A stretch of DNA of 63,961 bases, filler included, from Reticulomyxa filosa (lineage: Eukaryota; Protista; Foraminifera): assembly GCA_000512085.1 (NCBI GenBank). It is 21 parts of 21 records of this genome, joined end to end, with 100 filler letters (N's around TTAATTAATTAA, not from the genome) between each part and the next. Parts side by side here need not be neighbours in the genome. Positions count along the whole stretch, not along the records: positions 10,671 to 12,969 come from ASPP01009084.1; positions 13,070 to 18,548 come from ASPP01025857.1; positions 18,649 to 22,387 come from ASPP01042616.1; positions 22,488 to 23,487 come from ASPP01037043.1; positions 23,588 to 25,990 come from ASPP01018625.1; 16 more parts are not named here. The stretch is one strand, 5' to 3'. A program made the translations under genes and the position numbers. Under the pieces are notes generated by a model that was not told the origin of the DNA, did no database searches, and saw only the letters and a list, made by a program, of their open reading frames with translations. Positions 12,869 to 24,454 of the stretch are shown one piece after another; the first letter of the stretch is position 1; each line of letters begins with the position of its first letter.

Positions 12869-13069
12869 CCCCAAAAATATATATATGTATATGTATATAT
12901 ACATATATAAATGATAGGTTATCTATAGTCGACGATATTGCAAAAGGAAAAGAAAGAACTTTATTGGATNNNNNNNNNNNNNNNNNNNNNNNNNNNNNNN
13001 NNNNNNNNNNNNNTTAATTAATTAANNNNNNNNNNNNNNNNNNNNNNNNNNNNNNNNNNNNNNNNNNNN

Positions 13070-13600
13070 AAAAAAAACATACATTAATAATGAACTATGT
13101 AAGTGTTTGGAGGGAAGGAGATATTAAAAGCAAAGCGAAAGCAAATCATTCAAACAAATGGCTCCCACTCACTAATGATCATAACAAATACATAACAATT
13201 GGCAGAAATATCGATAATTACGAAGGATTGCGTGCTTTGATTAGTGGAAGTAACAATCACTTGTTATTTGTCACTTATTCCCCGAAGAATACTGGTGTAT
13301 TTGATCTACATAAGCACCAATATGTGAATCATGACATCATACCGGTTGTTCATGGCTCTAAGATTTGGTATCATTTTTTTGTGTCAAAAATGGGAAATTG
13401 ATTAATAACAACGAATGCAAATGTAAATAAAAAAAGGAATAAAATGATTTTATTTTGTGACAAAACGGAACTATCAATTGAATATGATGAGAACAACAAT
13501 ACATTTAACTTTACTAAATTATGGGTTTGCGCCACAATGATATCCTTCAAATTTTACGCTAACGTGTACACCGATGATATTAACTCCCGTGGTTGTTGTA
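13070..13600 (+). pseudogene. Decayed Kelch-like repeat gene fragment
   Basis: GLRALISGSNNHLLF resembles GTRAVVGGADNSLLF in ORF 59152-60156. Interrupted by a stop at 13401. Confidence 0.65.
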
Positions 13601-14009
13601 GCTTGAATGACTGTCGTTTGTGGAGCATACTGAATTGGTTATCTCTAATATGTTGTAGGACAACAACAAAAATTAAAAATACAAAATATAATCAGCAATA
13701 AGAGAACACAAAAATATTGTTGATTTCTTGAGCTAAAAATTATTTGCTATTAAAAAAATAAGAACAAACATAAAAAAGCTGATCCCGAATTGCTTACCCA
13801 TGAATTAATTAAAAAAGAGTATGGTCTCGATGCAAATGATTGTTAAAATATCTCATAAATGTTGGTCTATTTTTTTCCAAACTAAAAAAAGTTTTGCTTC
13901 CTTTGTTTTGCAATATAAAAAAAGGGGGGCTTTGCAATAGTCGAAATTAATTCATTTGTGTCAACTCAAACTTCGTTCCTAATTGGAGGTCACTTTGTAA
14001 CTTGTTTTC

Positions 14010-14510
14010 CTATGCTTCTGTTAAAAAAAATGTGAACGCAAAAAAAAAGAAAATAATGACAGATGCTAACAGAACAAGGAATGGAGCAAACATTTACAAC
14101 GAACAAGGAGAATATTGATTAGAAAGGATAAGAGCAAAGTTGAACATTTGCTGCGCTCGTCTCATTGAATGGACAATTAAGCGAATAATGATTGTCAATG
14201 CCCGATATACAAATACTGCTACTTTGCCATCGGCGATCACGACAATGGTTCACAACAACAACAGCAACACAAATCATTAATACAATACACAAAAAAAGAT
14301 TATTAATATTGAACATAGACACAAATATGGGAAGGGTTCGAATTTCAAATGCTTCCAAGACAAATGTCCATTGCAGGTTGTAAGTGCAACTGTCTTGCAA
14401 TTCTATCAACAGTCATACATCCACTGTGCAATTGTCGCCCACACGTTCACAGCGAATAGTTTCGAAACTTGATAATCTTCGTTTTGTATATCTAATGTGC
14501 CATCTTTTTT
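14010..14510 (+). ncRNA. Structured non-coding island 1 (candidate)
   Basis: Stems ttctgtta/taacagaa, tgtgaacg(14031-38)/cgttcaca(14444-51), agcaaa/tttgct, aatggaca/tgtccatt, ttgcagg/cttgcaa. Ends at a long T-run. No credible ORF. Confidence 0.35.
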
Positions 14511-14764
14511 TTTTTTTTTTACTTTATTTTATTATTGCTTTCCAAATTTGAACAAAATAAGTAAATAAATAAATATGTATACAAATCTATAATTATATAT
14601 GCATATTATATAAATCATTTGCAAAATAACGTATTAAAAAAAAAACACAAAAAAACATGCAAAAGTAAAGAATATGCATGTGCAATGGACTCCAATGTTG
14701 TAATACTCTAAAAAAGTGAAAGTGCATTTTGATTGATTTTAATGGCTTGTACAAAGTGCTATTA

Positions 14765-14992
14765 TCTCTTGCTCCGATGATAGATAGAGAGAAACCTTGC
14801 AACCTTTACCCTGCGTCGATCCGACCATGAAGTTGCAACCAATAAAGAGTGAGCCAATAGATGGACTCTTTGCAGCGTCGACTCACTGTCCATCTCCATC
14901 ATCACAACATCCACAACGGTGATTGTGATTATGGCATTATTATACAAATGGTCAAGGTCCAGCTTTGAAGCTTAGCGTGAGTATATTTTTTT
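14765..14992 (+). ncRNA. Structured non-coding island 2 (candidate)
   Basis: Stems ttgcaac(14797-803)/gttgcaa(14832-38), agatggac(14859-66)/gtccatct(14888-95), atcacaa/ttgtgat, accttg/caaggt. Followed by a T7 run. Confidence 0.4.
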
Positions 14993-15391
14993 CATTGCTT
15001 TAAGTAAAACATTTGAAAGATAAAACATTACTTTGATTTTAATGAAAATAGCGAACGTGCTTCATCGACATGTGATATATTGAAATTTTGGAAAAGAAAA
15101 TGAATGCTGAAAATGTAAGATAGATCATTATTAATATTATTAATTTAAATTAAAAATTTAAATTAATTAATTATCTATAATTTAAAAAAAAACAAAAAAA
15201 AAACAAACAAACAACAATAACAACAAACCAAAATAAAACAAAAATAACAATAACAGCATCTTGCCAAACCATTTTTTTCCACCACTATTATCAACAGACA
15301 TGAAGATTTCAAAGTATAAATAGAATGATAGAAATTGTCAATACAAGTCGATAGAAATAGAAACTAAACTTAGTAAAGCATAGAAATGCGC

Positions 15392-15775
15392 TTTGACGTT
15401 CGTGTTCCTTCATTGTGTTGCTTTGGCCACTATTCCGTTATTAGTAAGCAAGCGACGACACAATCATGTGCCTGCTTGCTGCATCCTCTGAAAAGAGGAT
15501 GGAGACCACTGTATACGTAATGGGATGCCATGCATCCCTAATGCACGCTATCATATCTAATGGCACACGCCACATGGCGGTCCACAGATATGCGCGTCAT
15601 TGAGTCGTCCTTCGTCGTAGTTGTCCACACTAGTGAACAATCTATCTATCTCGTTTGCAGGACCGGCTGGTATCGACGACTCTTATGATGCATCAAATCG
15701 TGGTCTCGGTGTGCGCAACACGTGTTTTGAAGGGGAGCCACATATTCTCCATTGTAGTGCCAGGAATAGGAACGC
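15392..15775 (+). ncRNA. Structured non-coding island 3 (~375 nt, candidate)
   Basis: Nested stems 15402-09/15768-75, 15424-33/15754-62, 15447-53/15474-80, GAAA-tetraloop hairpin 15482-15501, 15502-09/15700-07, 15522-28/15532-38, 15594-609/15675-91. Confidence 0.55.
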
Positions 15776-16355
15776 TAACATTGATCAAATACAGTCACCA
15801 TAACAATTCCAATATCATAATAATTCCATTCATTCCAGGAATAATAAAAATAAAAAAATAACAATAAAAAAAAGTTATAAAAAAAAAAAACACCAATAAA
15901 TAATACTAAAAGTAATCACTCACTATTTTTTTCTCCACCTATACTTAAAAAAAAATCCTCACTAATTAAGAAAAAAACGACTAATGAAAATAATAATAAT
16001 AATAATACAGTAGACTAAACTAACATAAAGCAGACCACACAAGAGAAAAAGGTAACAAGAGCATGGAGGGGGAGGGGAAAGTGCAAGAAGGGAGACAGTA
16101 TAGATGCAAAAAGGAAAAAAACTAGCAACGGGGGGAAAAGTTGCAAAAGATGCAACTGTACCAAAGGGGGGAAAAAAATTGTTAAATAAATAATAAAAAA
16201 AAAGATAGCAGAGCAATCCGCAATTTGGGTCGATCCATTCCACTTCAATCAGTCCCATTAATACATCCAATACCAACCTATTTTCACAAAACACTCAAGT
16301 AATTTAGTATGTACATAAAGTGAACATTAGTTGCATATAAATAACTTAATAATAC

Positions 16356-16684
16356 GGAGTGATGATGCATAACGGCCGTCGTCAGCCAGATAAATGGGCG
16401 CATTTGATCGCATCGTCTCTCTTCACCCTTTGTTGACACAGCACCACCGTCCGGCAACACCAAGGGGGGGAGACATTATGTTTAATGTCCATCCTCAGAT
16501 GGACACTACCATACTGGTCCTGCAAACTTTTAATTGTCGGTGATGCATTCAGGCAAACCTTTATCGTAATGTGGCCATTGTTTGCTGCAGTCTACCGACG
16601 CGCCCGTCGCATGCATCGCTGCAATTATACGTCGCTATCATAATTAGTTCATGAGTACGCTGGCGGCTGACTTGCTCCTTTTTT
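16356..16684 (+). ncRNA. Structured non-coding island 4 (~325 nt) with terminal box C/D-like motifs and a T6 end (candidate)
   Basis: GTGATGA 16359-65 and CTGA 16667-70. Stems 16381-87/16665-71, 16415-23/16466-74, 16486-93/16498-505, 16531-48/16611-27, 16550-58/16580-87. TTTTTT at 16679-84. Confidence 0.55.
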
Positions 16685-17640
16685 GCTGGAACCCACCACC
16701 AAACGACCATAAACCATCCATCTACAGCAAAATAACCCGGAATTCATACTTTCATTATCATCAATTCCACCATGACCACGAAAATACCACGAATATGACT
16801 CAACAAATACGATTCAACGACTACGACTCAATGAATACGATCTCCAACACACGAATCGTCGGCCCTATATCTATTTGTGATAATGTTTGGACTCCAAACT
16901 TTCAAGATTAAAAAAACAAAAGAAAATGTGTTTATTTAACTTTTCTCGAACGAAGGCGATTCACATATCAATATTAATCTCACCACCACTAACGCGAACG
17001 TAAACGACGAAACGAACAGTTTGGAAAAAGGGAAGAAAATATTCAGTTCAACTTTTTTTTATCTTATAGAACGCTTAATTTTACTTTTTTACAAAGAAAT
17101 ATTTTGGATTAATGCAAAAGATAATTCAGTTTTTTACTTGTCAAAACGCATTTCAGTAACTGTTTCAATAATTTCTAAGTTGAAAAATTAAACAAACTTT
17201 CATTCATAAAAATCAATGCATTCTGAAGACCAAGCTTGACAAATGTAAAAAAAAATTGCTATTATAGCAGAAATGTGTCAAGGATGAAGAAAGTAAATGG
17301 TAACAACTGTTCATGATCCACAGTTTTCAACATCTTTCAAACATTTTTCAAATATAATAAAAAAGTGCATATATGATGTGATCTGCCCAAACAAATAAAA
17401 AAACTCCCAGCAAAATTTGAGTGGAAAAGATAAATTTACAATTTGACTAGATTGATACATACAACTTTTTACAATTAATGTCAACAACTAAAAAAAAGAA
17501 ATGAACGTTGAAACAAATTTGACTTGAGTCGTTAAAAGTTTTTTTGTTATTTATCAATGATTATTGATTGTTACCACACACTCAAAATGCCGGGATACAT
17601 ACAAAAAAAAAAAAAATTCAGGATTAACAGACAAAATTAG

Positions 17641-18490
17641 TTATTTCTTATGCGGTTGCAAAAGCTCTAAAACGTTTTTTCTGGGAAGAAAGTCAGGTGT
17701 GCCATTATTTCTCAAATAAAATAGCGAATTAAAGTCGACCATATTGTACACAACATCATGCAAAGATTTTTCGACAGCATCACCGACTTGGAATGTAACT
17801 GTGTCCTTTTGTTTGATTATCTCAATTTTGTGTTGTGCAGATCGGAGAGACTTTTCATCCCTTCCAATGGAGCGTACCAGTACCAATGAAAACGGGCTTT
17901 TTCGACTGAATCGAATCAAGCAAGTGCCTTGTCGTATGTTTAGCGCTTGTTTCTAAACATATAGAGGGAAAAAAAAATGCAAAACACCAGTGGAACAGAA
18001 GATGACAATGTTACGATGAAGATTACGTTGCGACTGAACTTTGCCGCTGACATAGTCAATGGCCTTAGTTGATGAAATCATACCAATGATCAGTGTCGGT
18101 TCAGTCCGAAAATAATAGGGCGCGATTTCGGGAAGCAGCACGCACTCTAGCAAGCTATTGAAATAGTCGACAAATTGTCCAAACACCTCAATAGGTATTC
18201 CCTTTTTGGGATTGCTATGTAAGCCCTGGCTTTCACTTTCCTTGTCCTGGGAATGATCACTTTGGTTCTTGCCAGAAGTACTGGATGTGTTCCCTCCCGC
18301 ACTTCTGTTAGCACCGGTGGGAGAATAGCTACCACTTTTTAAGGCAGTGCTACTGCTCCTTGCCTCAAAGCCCACGTTGTTGGAGCTGTCATTGTCTTCC
18401 TTGTGTTCCGCCGTTTTGTGCATCTGGAACCACCTTAAGAAAGGCTTCGACTTCTTTTCCTTTCTCTTTTTGCTTTGTTTCAAAAAGCTG
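17641..18490 (-). CDS. SH2-domain protein, C-terminal part (2 exons visible)
   Basis: IIGMISSTKAIDY..|..QGTCLIRFSRKSPFSLVL matches SH2 alphaA/betaB (GTFLIRFS). It is preceded by the linker-like segment IPIEVFGQFVDYF. Confidence 0.7.
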
Positions 18491-18648
18491 TGTCGGGATG
18501 GAAGATCGACCTTTTTTTTTTTTTTTTTTTTTTTGTAGATAAAATTTTNNNNNNNNNNNNNNNNNNNNNNNNNNNNNNNNNNNNNNNNNNNNTTAATTAA
18601 TTAANNNNNNNNNNNNNNNNNNNNNNNNNNNNNNNNNNNNNNNNNNNN

Positions 18649-18740
18649 CAACCATCGAAACAACCATCGAAACAACCATCAAAACAACCATCAAAACAAC
18701 CATCAAAACAACCATCGAAACCACCATCGAAACATCCAAG
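18649..18740 (+). repeat. 12-bp coding tandem repeat (caaccatcRaaa, QPSK)
   Basis: About 7 visible units running into the contig edge. Confidence 0.9.
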
Positions 18741-19837
18741 CACATTTCCAACAACTGGTTCTCCTACAGCCGCTCTATCAACTCGAATACCAACACAAAC
18801 ATCTACAATTACTCCGACAATCACCTCTTCATCATCCACACCGACAACTACCTCTTCATCATCCACGCCAACAACACCAACATTGGTGGATACTACAAGT
18901 TTATATGGCATTACTTCTACAAATCCAAACAGTGGTTTGGGAAAAGGAAGTCAGAAAAACGGCTCAAAGCAGACAACCATGTTAACAGGAGTAGTGATTG
19001 GAGTTGGATCGACAGTTCTCGTTTTCCTTGTTTGTGCAATGATATTTGTGTTTTATTCACGACGAAAGAAAAAAGAAAATCATGATTTTCTTCGAAAAGA
19101 AATTGCATTATCCAATGAAAAAGAAGAAGAACCACGACGTCGTACTACAATTTCATTAGATGGAAGACAAGAAGGAGGTCAAAGAGACACTACAGTTGCT
19201 AATAATCCTGTTATGAAACATACAAAAACTAAGCAAGGACCTGTAGTTGATAATGGCATACAAAAAGTGGTTCAAGATATTATTGTCAATGATTTTGCTA
19301 CTAAAGTTTAGATAAGAATTTAAATTAATGTAAAAGAGAAAGAGGAAAAAAAATATTAAAAAATAGGGTGAAATTGTTTCAGTAGCATTACCAGAGGCTC
19401 CAAAATTATTAAATAAAGACACTCAACAAGCCGAAGGAGGAGAAGGAGCAGTTATTGAAGGTCAAGGACCAACTCCAGGAAATGATGAAAGAGAAGAAGA
19501 AAATTCAATAGAATTAAGAGCAGATGTAACAAAAACAAGTGATAATAATGATGGAAATGATAATAATGATTTTAATGATTTATATGATTTTTTGAATGAA
19601 ATTGGTTTACAACAATATCATGATAAAATGTCTAAACGTGGATGGACCTTAAATCAATTATTAAATGCTCATGATGGAACACCTCAATCTATTGAACAAT
19701 TTAAAACAAAAATGGGTCATGATTTTCAAATGTCATTACGAGAACGAATTCATTTAACTGCATCCATCAAAAATAAAAAATTACAGCTTTCTCAAGAAGG
19801 ATATAATACTGATGATGGTATGGCCACTCCTGTTTAA
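18649..19837 (+). CDS. Single-pass membrane protein with P/S/T-rich stalk and C-terminal SAM-like domain, 5'-partial
   Basis: QPSK/PT repeats, TM helix GVVIGVGSTVLVFLVCAMIFVFY then RRKKK, short intron ~19306-19366, C-terminal FLNEIGLQQYHDKM...MSLRERIHLTASIK. Confidence 0.7.
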
Positions 19838-20179
19838 AATTACTTGTAATTATTTATTTCTTTTTTTTCTCCTTGTGAGAGTCAATACGTAATGTTAATT
19901 TATGTTATTGGGTCTATAAGCGATCAATATATTTTTTTAACGGAATACAAACTTATCTTAATATGATATTTTTTCACTCTTTTTCTTTAAGTAACTAGGG
20001 TTTTGCGATGAATAGAAAAATCTTATTAAATATTTCGATTAAAAAAAAATTCGTCTGATCATGCAGCAAAAAAAGAACAACTATTTCTGATTAAGACGTT
20101 ACTTCATGTGATAAATTTCAAAAAATTTTCTTGAGTTTCTTATTTACAAGTTGTGCTGTTTGTGTGGCTCAATTTTATT

Positions 20180-21360
20180 TACTTCGTTAATACAGTGATT
20201 GCTACATTCTTCTTAAAGAATGTATTTAGCACATGGAAATTCAGGAATTGAGCTATTCGATCTGGTCTTTTAAACGATTCAAGCTATTCAAATTCTACAT
20301 GACATCTTGATCTATTTTCCACTTCATCTGCTCTTTCATTCACACTATATGATAACAAGGCTTATGAAAGCGATCCGGACGGCAGATGCAGATGTTTTTA
20401 CCATAATATGATATACTATAAGCAATGTTTTGACAAAATAATACACTTGGAATTGGATCAAGAATTCACTTTAATTGTAAATAGGCAGACATGTTAACTG
20501 CATTTCTGAATATATCTGACAGTAGTGAAATAAATATCATGGCGGCATTGGAAATGGAACTGGATATGATATTGATATGCATGAGAAGATAGATATCAGA
20601 TTAACAGATGACATTACGAAGAAAGTAAAGTATGAATTTTCAGTATTTCAAGTTGCATTACATAGTTCAAGTATGCAACAAAACGAAGAAAAGAAGATTG
20701 ATAAAATCACATTTGAAAACTTGTGGGAAAAAAATATGCAAGTTCGATGACAATTACTGTGTACGAATACTCCAACGATACAATAAAGTACAAAGAACTT
20801 AAATCAGCAATATCGGTGATTAAGTTCATCTGATTGAAAAACAAGGACACAATGTCCAGAAAAGTATTATCAAATATATTTTATGGAAATTTCAGTAAAT
20901 TATTTGTTCATTTTGCAGTTGATGTTAATGAGCAAAGCTAATTCAACTAGCTAATAACTTCAATGATGCCAAGGATGGACAAACTGAACAAAAAGAAAAT
21001 TAAGATGGTAAACAAAGAATTGTAAGAAAGTGAAAATGAAATAAAAGGATTATAGATATCATGTTCAAGAATTGAAACAATTCCATAAGATGCCAATTGT
21101 TAAAGTGATGCTATTCAATTCTGATGATATCGTTAAGATATTGAATGGTGAAAGTAGAACCATTATATAAAAACAAATCAAATACAAAATAGCATTTCAA
21201 GCAATGCAGGAAATGCTACATATTGAATCATATCGATCGTGAGTGCCCAAAGAAACGTAAATTATGTAAGTATTGCGTATTGGCAAATCACGCGCAGCGA
21301 AATGCAGAAACAAAAACGACACAAGCAAATACAAATGTATTCTATGTCGTAATAAACATC
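20180..21360 (+). pseudogene. Possible decayed coding sequence
   Basis: Coding-like, purine-rich stretches broken by stops and frameshifts. No family recognised. Confidence 0.3.
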
Positions 21361-22534
21361 CAAGCGATTCATTGCAATGTGAAGTAATTGAAAAAAAAAT
21401 AAAATTAATTTAAACATTATTCATCATCGGGATAAACTTTTGAAAAAAAAGTTGTATTTTGAAGGAAGAAATAAAGACAAAGATACTAAAAAAAGAATTT
21501 TTTTTTTATAGTGATAAAAAATCTTTTTTACTAGTTGAAAATTTTCATATACTGATATTGCGATTTTGCGCGAGATCAGATATATACAAGATAACAAACG
21601 AAATACCTAAAGTGAACAGTCGAAACAAAATAATAATAACAAGAAAGAATGTAGAACAAAAGTTAGTAACTTTTCTATTAAATAAGCAGAAATGGCAATA
21701 GCAGCAATATTCACATGATTTTCTTTAATAATAAGTGTTTAAATTTATTTTTTGTTTTAGTTTGCTTTAATTTGTTAAAAGAATTGAATTGAATCTCAAT
21801 ATTTCACTGAGACTTCAACAGTTGAGCATTAGTATTGCTCATGTAATTCCCCTGACCATTCCACAGGGAAGAACCAAATTTGTTTTCACAACTGTTGATT
21901 GTTCTCGCCGTACAAAATTTGAGATTTATTTGTTTTTTGATATTTTAAAGATTAAATTAAACCTTAAAACTTTTTTTTCACTTGTTGTTGATTGTTTGTG
22001 AGTTTTTGATATGTTTTGTTGATCTTTTCCTTTTTTTGTTTGTTTTCATTAGATTACTTTGTTCCTTTTGGGACGAGGTACTCATTTTAACTTGGATAAG
22101 ATCTCATTCTTGCTAAAAAAAAAGTAGTTTGCAAAACAAGAGAAAAGTTGTTATTACATTGACAAGAAAGGAAGATGCATCATTCTTATACTGATGCTGC
22201 CAAAGGACATGAAAATAAAGATGAACATCGAAGACCAAAGAAGATGACTAATAGAAAGAAGAACATAAGAAAAAACAACAATAAGCAAAGGCTGCAAAAT
22301 AAAAAATCTGATACTGATCAAAAGAAACCATAGGTAGATCATCGACGATGTGGGTGAGAGTATTCTTGATTTCATTGTATCCAATGGNNNNNNNNNNNNN
22401 NNNNNNNNNNNNNNNNNNNNNNNNNNNNNNNTTAATTAATTAANNNNNNNNNNNNNNNNNNNNNNNNNNNNNNNNNNNNNNNNNNNNTGTGTGTGTGCAT
22501 GCGTATAGACACAAAAGTTTACAAAGAGTGCTAT

Positions 22535-23475
22535 TTGTAACGTGCCTTGTGAAGCGGCACTAAAACGGTGGTTAAAAATTTTTTCCACGAGGGCTTGACC
22601 GGGACAGTGAGTCCTGGGATAACAGCACAAACGATTTGAAGCAGCTCTGCAACCCCGTTGAAGTGTTCCACATCGGTATAGTGAATCATTTTCGACAAGT
22701 AGTTGGAGGTCAACTCGATGATTTGTGTTCGCAGCTTTAGACAACGTCCATACATTTTGTGCAATATCATCATCAAGTATGCTTTTTCCCTTTGGTCTTC
22801 ACTAGCAAATAATTCGACCAAACTTTTCAAAAATGAGCCCCCCATATATTTCTATATATGTATATATGCATATATGCATATACATATATATATGTTATAT
22901 ACATAAGTTTTTTTTTTTTTTTTTGATGCAAAATAAAAGGTAAACAGATTCAACCTCCATAATTTGAGGGGTGACTTGGGTGGTGCAAATGATTCTCCAC
23001 GCCAAATCGTAGACCAACTTCAGATGTTTCCAACTTGGATCTTCGTAGTTGGCTTCTTTTTCAAAGACTTCGTCGTGAAAGAACATGAGCGAAGGCGGGC
23101 GGAATTGGTAGGGCAATGGACGGAACAAATTGATACTAATTGTCTTCATGCACTCCTCGAACAAGAAATCTTTGAACCAGTTGTGGCGTGAGATATAATC
23201 CGTTAAATCTTGCAACATGTCTTCTTTTTTTTTTATCATTTCCGCTTTCACACGAGTCTAAATTGCACAAACGTGAATACATTAGCAAGTGTTTGTCAAA
23301 TGGAAGAATATTTTTAAATGAAACCAATCGGACATATATATATATATATGTATATATGCATACATATATGTAATATAAATTAACCATGTCAGAGAAATCG
23401 CAAACGGCACGACAAAGTCTAAGTTTTTCTTTGATGACGTCATCACGTGCAAGCCTGTCGGTATCAAAAATTAAA
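22535..23475 (-). CDS. Protein phosphatase 2A regulatory subunit B' (B56 family), internal exons
   Basis: INLFRPLP, EDPSWKHLKLVY, LFASEDQREKAYLMMILHKMYG, HFNGVAELLQI, FLTTVLVPLHK. Confidence 0.93.
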
Positions 23476-23587
23476 GGTAGGTTGGCTNNNNNNNNNNNNN
23501 NNNNNNNNNNNNNNNNNNNNNNNNNNNNNNNTTAATTAATTAANNNNNNNNNNNNNNNNNNNNNNNNNNNNNNNNNNNNNNNNNNNN

Positions 23588-23957
23588 AAAAAAAAATAAA
23601 AACATTAAAAGGACATTCAAATATTGTATCATATGCTACATTTTTTCCAGATAATAAATATATTGCATCCTGTTCATATGATAAAACTATACGGATATGG
23701 AATGTAGAATCTGGTGTAAGATTAAAAATATTAAAAGGACACTCATATATTGTTGCTTACATAACATATTTTCCAGATGGTCAAAGTATTGTATCTTGCT
23801 CAAAAGATAAAACAATTCGATTGTGGAATGTAAAAAACGGGAAAAGAAATACAAAAATTTGATCAACATTCATAATCGGTATTATGCGTTGATGTTTCAT
23901 CAGATTGAAGTAATATTGTGTCTTGTTCTCAAGACCGTACAATTCGAATATGGTGAT
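23588..23957 (+). pseudogene. Frameshifted WD40-repeat gene fragment
   Basis: LKGHS / PDG / SCS.DKTIRIWNVE units with indels and stops. Paralogous to 27226-27812. Confidence 0.8.
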
Positions 23958-24454
23958 GGAACAACGAATGCAAATTATTTTTTATTATAGCTTTCACTTT
24001 ATTTCATGGTTGTCCCTTATTTGAGTGGAAACCAATATAAATTTTGAAAGGAAAAAATTTTCTTTGTTCTTGTTATTTTTGAAACAAATTTCTTTCAAAA
24101 AAATCATATTCATTACATCAATAAAAATAGTAAATATATATACCTTTTTTCAATTTCAACTTTTATGTATATTTTTTAAAAAAGCGTCATTTAAACTACT
24201 TATTAAACAAAAGCGTACGTTTAAGATCAAGAGCTTTAAGGATTGATCAGAAAGCGAGTTGTTTACAGGATAGAAAACAACTTTTCTAAGTGCAAGTATT
24301 CAATGAACGTAATTTGAATCAAATACAATTTCAAATAACTTCATTTGGCTGACAGCCATAACTACAGAAAATACATTGGAAAAAAAAAAGAAGTTACAAG
24401 AATTACATTGTGAAGTAACAACAGCAAACAAAGGAGATGGATATAATACTTGGA

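Noticed and set aside
15657-15677. GCAGG-ACC-GGCT-GGT-ATCG resembles SRP RNA helix 8
   Set aside because: The loop is not GNRA, the conserved AGCA is absent, and there is no Alu or long helix 5 layout.
15710-15752. GTGCG and a GGGGAG..CTCC hairpin reminiscent of group II intron ends
   Set aside because: No domain V (AGC triad hairpin) and wrong spacing.
16813-16824. TTCAACGACTAC resembles the group I intron R/P7 element
   Set aside because: No downstream S element or TAGTC partner was found, and it lies in an ACGA-rich tract.
18649-18740. Short regular repeats as a CRISPR array
   Set aside because: Contiguous 12-bp coding repeats without spacers. No cas genes anywhere in the window.
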